NCBI GenBank assembly: GCA_976226885.1
Contig: OZ320320.1
Span: 48,050,001-48,114,000, forward strand
From: Iphione sp. A-MEVVRFRX5
Taxonomy: Eukaryota
Reading direction: 5' to 3'
Length of the DNA: 64,000 nucleotides
The position numbers were made by a program, and so were the translations under genes. Below the pieces are notes generated by a model. It saw only the letters and a program-made list of their open reading frames with translations. It was not told the origin of the DNA and searched no databases. This document shows positions 59,701 through 64,000 of the stretch, piece by piece (the first letter of the stretch is position 1; the number at the start of each line of letters is the position of its first letter).

Positions 59701-62700
59701 AAGGATGTAACAAGTATAAATGGTGTTGTACACGTATATAAAACATAGAGAAATACGAGTAAGGAATGATCCAGAAGTGCTTGAAATCAAGACGTCCATC
59801 CGTTTCAGCCTTACCTTGATTACTCTGGCTAGTGTAAGATGCAGCAGCAGTAGGGTCTACAAGAAGCTTCGCTAGTCGCCTTTCGTACAGCCACCTTGTA
59901 CTTTGTGTGATTGGTCCAGGCAGGTGCCCTGTGGTAGTTAACTCTGCACGCAGCTCACTGTCAGTCAACACTGTTATTTTATCAGGGACTGGAATTCCTT
60001 CTTGACAAATATCAGCCCTGGATTCTGCGTCTGAGCCTGGCTCTTTCTGACTTGAAGTCTCACACTTGGCAGTTCTGTTTTGGCCACAAGCCGTCAGGGT
60101 TGAATGGTCAGACTGATCTTCCTGCATGACTGCCTGGGTGGCTTCATCGAGAGGATACCACGTTTCAATGAGAGAATAACCATCTTTGACGTCCGTGTAA
60201 AGGTACTGGATAGTTCCTGTTGAGGACAAGGAGGAGTTCCTCCTACTACTACCACAGACTGGCCCACCACAAGTGCACATACTGGTGGCCTCTGGAAAGT
60301 CAGTTCTCAAGCACAACCCTGTTGACTGCGATCGATCTTCTCCATTTTCATCTTTAGCAGATACTGCATGGCCTTTCTGTGCCTGCTGATCTGGAGAGAG
60401 ATGTGGGCGCGGTCCCCGTAGTGAACTTGTAAAGACGGGGGCTGGGCAGCCAGCATCCCGACTACAAAGACTCCCTTCTATGGTTGAGATAGTCTGGCTG
60501 AACTGCTCCAGCCTACCAGAGTTCTCATCACTGCTTCTTCGGGAGCTAGTCAGTGGCCACTCATCAATGTCAGAAACATGGTCTTTTCTTGGAAACACAA
60601 GAGCAGGACCCGTGATTGAACCTTCCTTGTTACTGGGCAGATGTTTCCTACTACAAGATGTGGATGGTAATGCAGTTGTTGTCATAAGGGAACATTTCTG
60701 GTCACCATTACATTCATCCGCGTACAAATCTGAGGACTTGACACGATTTGTTTGAATAGATGACATACCTTCTGATACTGCATAGAGATCCTGTGTCACA
60801 TGGTCAGATTTTGTTGTGTGACTACTGGTGGGATTTAATCTGTCTATGATGTTGCCAGTTGGAAAGTTTCGAGTCTGGTGCCATAAGTTGCGAATTTTGC
60901 TGAACCACCCTTCGTGTGCTCTCTGTGTATCATTTGTTCTTGGGCAGGCTTCCTTGGATTCGACATCCGTCTCGAGATTCAAGGACTCCATGTGGATAGC
61001 AAGGTTAAAAGGATCATCTCTCTCATCATGAAGGTCAAGGGAAAGGTCATCTGGGTTGAAATCTTTAGGTATCAAGTCGGCGGTTCCACAAGAACTTACT
61101 GTATCATTATGAACCACCGAAAGGTCTTTTTCCTTGCAGATCTTGGATGTATCACCATCTGCCCTTTCATTGTATCTACTCTTTTCAGACTTGTGAGCTT
61201 TTTGTGCAGGGAGGACAGTTGTTGATGCACTGTGACCTGTAGATTCCGGCGGGTCTCTACTGCCACGTTCAACTACGAACGTAATGTCATTGCTCTCCCC
61301 GTTGTTTCGTTTAGCAACACTACCCCGAGCACTCAGTGTATAGGTGCTATTTGCAGACTGGAGAGGAAGGTCTCCATCAGCAGGGTCTTTATTTGTGGGG
61401 TATCTGACAGATAAATGCTGTGTTGAAACAGTCAGGTTCTCCTCATCGACTTCTGGGATGACGCTCAAATCCTCTCTGCTTGAGACACTGTAAAAACTTG
61501 TTGAGCAATCCTTTTCATTGTTAGAGAAAATGTCCCCTTGCTGATTGCTCATCATCGTCTGCAAAGCAGTTTCAATAAAAAAAAGCTGTTAATTCAGCCA
61601 ATTCTGTACATGATAAATCTCTCACTTCACCTGAAGAGAGAATAGAAATTATAAAATCATAAATCTTAAAATAACATAAATGTAACTTAAAACAACCTTT
61701 GCTGTACACATATTTCTTTAAAAAGCCTGATGAGACAACCATCGAAACCGTGTCATACGTCTAAAAACCTTTGGCCAAAGCTGTAAACTGTTCTGTAAAA
61801 TTAGCTGAGTGAGACCTGAAAGGGGTCCCCATATCAAGAACACAGCATGCTTAAAGGAGATTTCCCGCTGGCTAGTCCAAAAATCAGTAGCACTTAAGAT
61901 GGGAGTCCCTTGCACACCATACCAATTTTATACATGAATAGCGCTGACATACGGGCACTAATCCATTCTTTGACTTGAAACTAATTCTTCACAGCTGTCT
62001 GAAACTAATTCTTCACAGCTGTCTCCTCTCAATGAAGGAACACCGGAAACATCAGAGGTTGATGATAATCTGCCACTCCATGAGTTAAGAACCCTACTGA
62101 GAAGCCCACTCACAAATATCAGCAGAACTCTATGGAGGCATTGATAGCAGTTTACCCCAGGGAAACTTAATCAGGAGAGCATCATAGACGTGATAACAGA
62201 AGGGTAAGTATGAGCAAGATGTGCATCTCCATCACTGTCAAATGGTAGGGAAAAGCACTGATAATAGGTAACACCGGACTATCTATCTAGGGTTGTATGA
62301 AAGAGTTCTTCAGGAAAGAATAGGGTATAACTAACCTTTTTCGCTATATTCCGATTGTATTATTTCATATGACGTGCCACATGCTTTCGTACATCTTTTT
62401 TTATGTTATTTACAAAATTTTCTTTATACATATTTTATTATTTGACATGTTTATGATCGTTTCTATATAGTATCTCCACGATATGACTTCAGACATTTCT
62501 TTCTCTCCCTATATACAGTGGATACTCGAAATCCAAACAGACCATTTCAGACAAAATTGTTTGCATTTCGGATTTTTCGGATTTTGAATTGTGGCCATAG
62601 GTCATTGTCCTTTTCATTCATACCTATAAATTGAGGTGGAGGAGGCGTGAACTCTTCAATGAGTAGCTATCCCTCTGATTTGTAATGAACTTGAGGGAGA

Positions 62701-63813
62701 GCGGCGACAGGTGGCTAGCACCTGGAGGAGGCGCGAAATCTTCATTGAGTTGCTATCCCTTTGATTTATAACGAACTTCAGGGAGAGCGGCAAAGGGCGG
62801 ACTACACCTGGAGGAGGCTTCAATGAGTAGCTATCCCTTCGATTTATATTGGGTTTTTGAGTGAAATTTCAATGTATTTGTACCAAATAAGAGCATTCAG
62901 ATTTGGAAATTGAATATTTCAGTTATATGAGTAGCTACATAGAGAAAAATAATTGGTTGCCAGGCAAAGTGTTTGGATTTTGGAAAATTCGGTTTTTGAG
63001 TGTGTGGCTTTGGAGTATCACCTGTAATACATTACTCACTTGTCTAAGTTGCTTTGCTATGCCAGAGTTACCTAGATATCATTTGTTATTGAATGATTGG
63101 TAAGGATATGGGTTGGATATGTATGTGATATGTTGTTTCCAAAATAAACATACAACAATATCGGCAATGTGTCTGATGCTTACCTCACGTTCCTGAAGAG
63201 AATTAGTGTGGGACGAGATCATCTTCTTTGGGGAGAAGGGTAACTCTATGTCTGGCTCATCTGCAAGAATACAAGGATCAAACCCATGGAATCAAAAGCA
63301 GAGAGCTATCAGCATACATCAGCATTAATGCGAGACTGACCTGCCAAGAACGAGTTTATGGATGAAAGATGATGGGTGAGAAAAGGCATTGCTCTGACTC
63401 TAAAAGTATACTGTGCACATTACTCGATACCTAAGTATAAAAACTGCATAGAATGACGTACATTTATGCAAAAAAAATCAAGTATTTTTACTACATCAAG
63501 GTAATGTTAGTTTCCAAAGCATACTACTCCTAATCTTCACAACATTAGTAATTTGAAAATATATTCAAAAAATAGTCAAACGAGAGCTGCATGTTTCTGT
63601 CCATGTATGCTTTAAGTTCAACCCAAGTAGGCGTTTTATGTAATGAAGTCTTTTCCGTGAATTAACAGGGACACTGCAGAGAAACTTGCATGGTTCTATG
63701 GAGAAAGCAGTTTCATCTGCATCATCTTCTTGTGGCTTGCTGAATTCTTCTAGGGTAAGGATACACATATCACATCCAAACTCTCGAGCAAAGTCCAGTG
63801 CAGTCTGTCCGTC
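53543..63813 (-). CDS. ANKLE1: Ankyrin repeat and LEM domain-containing GIY-YIG endonuclease (ANKLE1/LEM-3), 5'-partial, 856 aa in window
   Basis: Exons 63690-63813, 63184-63260, 59815-61558, 59169-59372, 56495-56616, 55630-55762 and 53543-53709 total 2571 nt in frame. Features: last ankyrin repeat DGQTALDFA, LEM domain LTDSELRAEL...PGPITQSTRWLYERRL, and GIY-YIG motifs FNYLLLD, IFYVGKGKRARPYAH, EAFTREAAIIEALG, LTN and EGERQI. Confidence 0.95.
53754..53933. mobile_element. TA-flanked MITE in the last ANKLE1 intron
   Basis: TA-CAGTAGCAACTC...GAGCTGCTACTG-TA. Confidence 0.7.
55630..55762 (-). CDS. ANKLE1: ANKLE1 GIY-YIG exon (PPGAKVRRILDIW...EAFTREAAIIEAL)
   Basis: 133 nt, ttgcag|CCA...G|gtaatt. 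Confidence 0.95.
56495..56616 (-). CDS. ANKLE1: ANKLE1 GIY-YIG exon (HERAFEQFLEAIFYVGKGKRARPYAHF...QSK)
   Basis: 122 nt, gcccag|GT...AAG|gtaagc. Confidence 0.95.
56903..59010 (-). mobile_element. Decayed, 5'-truncated CR1/L2-group LINE in an ANKLE1 intron
   Basis: Endonuclease end (PTRI..SQTCIDLILV), linker (RDYRNFD), RT (PQGTILGP, YADDT, WL..HKLALN..KT, YKYLGL.LD); frameshifted. Confidence 0.88.
59043..59104. repeat. Short tandem repeat of aaattgattc(tac), about 5 copies
   Basis: Directly visible. Confidence 0.85.
59169..59372 (-). CDS. ANKLE1: ANKLE1 exon (YLPELAKVL...WREGTRKSAFNYLLLDSR...ARVKIL)
   Basis: 204 nt, ctcacag|GA...G|gtacat, phase 1/1. Confidence 0.94.
59815..61558 (-). CDS. 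ANKLE1: ANKLE1 large exon (Ser-rich linker plus LEM domain)
   Basis: 1744 nt open frame, tttgcag|ACG...CAAG|gtaagg; has the conserved YLYTD..G..LIE motif and the LEM domain. Confidence 0.92.
62516..63024 (-). mobile_element. MITE of the 24987-25584 family with an internal ~80-bp triplicated unit
   Basis: TA-CAGTGGATACTC...GAGTATCACCTG-TA; three ggaggaggc...gctatccct..gattt units. Confidence 0.75.
63184..63260 (-). CDS. ANKLE1: ANKLE1 small linker exon (EPDIELPFSPKKMISSHTNSLQERE)
   Basis: 77 nt, strong sites ttcttgcag|AT...GAG|gtaagc; open only as phase 1 in and 0 out, which fits the large exon. Confidence 0.85.
63690..63813 (-). CDS. ANKLE1: ANKLE1 ankyrin-end exon (DGQTALDFAREFGCDMCILTLEE...IEP)
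   Basis: cttttcag|GAC; the best phase-1 donor is CCAT|gcaagt (GC-AG), so the 3' boundary is inferred. Confidence 0.85.
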
Positions 63814-64000
63814 CTGAAAAGACACGGAAGCAACATGTGGAATTTATTTCCAATTTCTTGATGAATCAACTAGCTACAGAACAGTGCTTTCGGCGGAGCA
63901 GTGGAGCAAGGATCTGATGTGAGGAGCAAGAATACTGTTAGGTGTGCACTAGGACAAGTCTTGGTAGCCAGGGTGTTGGTATGACCATCCTGTAACGCTG

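Noticed and set aside
61559-61632. Alternative ANKLE1 acceptor ctcttcag| at 61631
   Set aside because: In the required phase 0 it reads GTG AAG TGA (stop).
61960-62170. Open - strand frame (CYQCLHR...DSCEELVSDSCEELVSS) as an ANKLE1 exon
   Set aside because: No good splice sites, and the flanking exons already join in frame. The + strand looks more like a transposase C-terminal remnant (DDNLPLHELR).
3013-63813. Functional DNA-repair cluster (ALKBH3 plus ANKLE1)
   Set aside because: The genes are about 39 kb apart, separated by BORCS5, and share no promoter; adjacency alone is no evidence without synteny data.

Overview
Intron-rich, TE-dense animal DNA, probably a marine invertebrate (taxon not determinable from sequence). 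It is not prokaryotic; I found no CRISPR array, rRNA or supportable tRNA. Three spliced genes could be rebuilt by hand with consistent splice phases. ALKBH3 (- strand, 7 coding exons, 14289 to 3013, 276 aa) is complete. BORCS5/myrlysin (+ strand, 4 coding exons, 36448 to 44763, 243 aa) is complete. ANKLE1 (- strand, 7 exons, 63813 to 53543, 856 aa in the window) runs off the right edge at its 5' end and probably has a GC-AG intron. The interval 19.3-30.5 kb is a nested TE cluster: an old DIRS1-type tyrosine-recombinase retrotransposon split three times. Two of the splits have exact junctions whose removal restores the reading frame: an antisense non-autonomous DIRS1 derivative with both ITRs and its ICR, and a Kolobok-like TTAA insertion carrying two MITEs. 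The third split is a composite insertion in the recombinase region. Other features: a nearly intact pogo/Tigger transposon in BORCS5 intron 3, decayed Rex1/Babar and CR1/L2-group LINEs, many MITEs, a candidate divergent promoter at 32.4-33.5 kb, and three hammerhead-like cores. Family assignments rest on motif recognition from memory, not on database searches.
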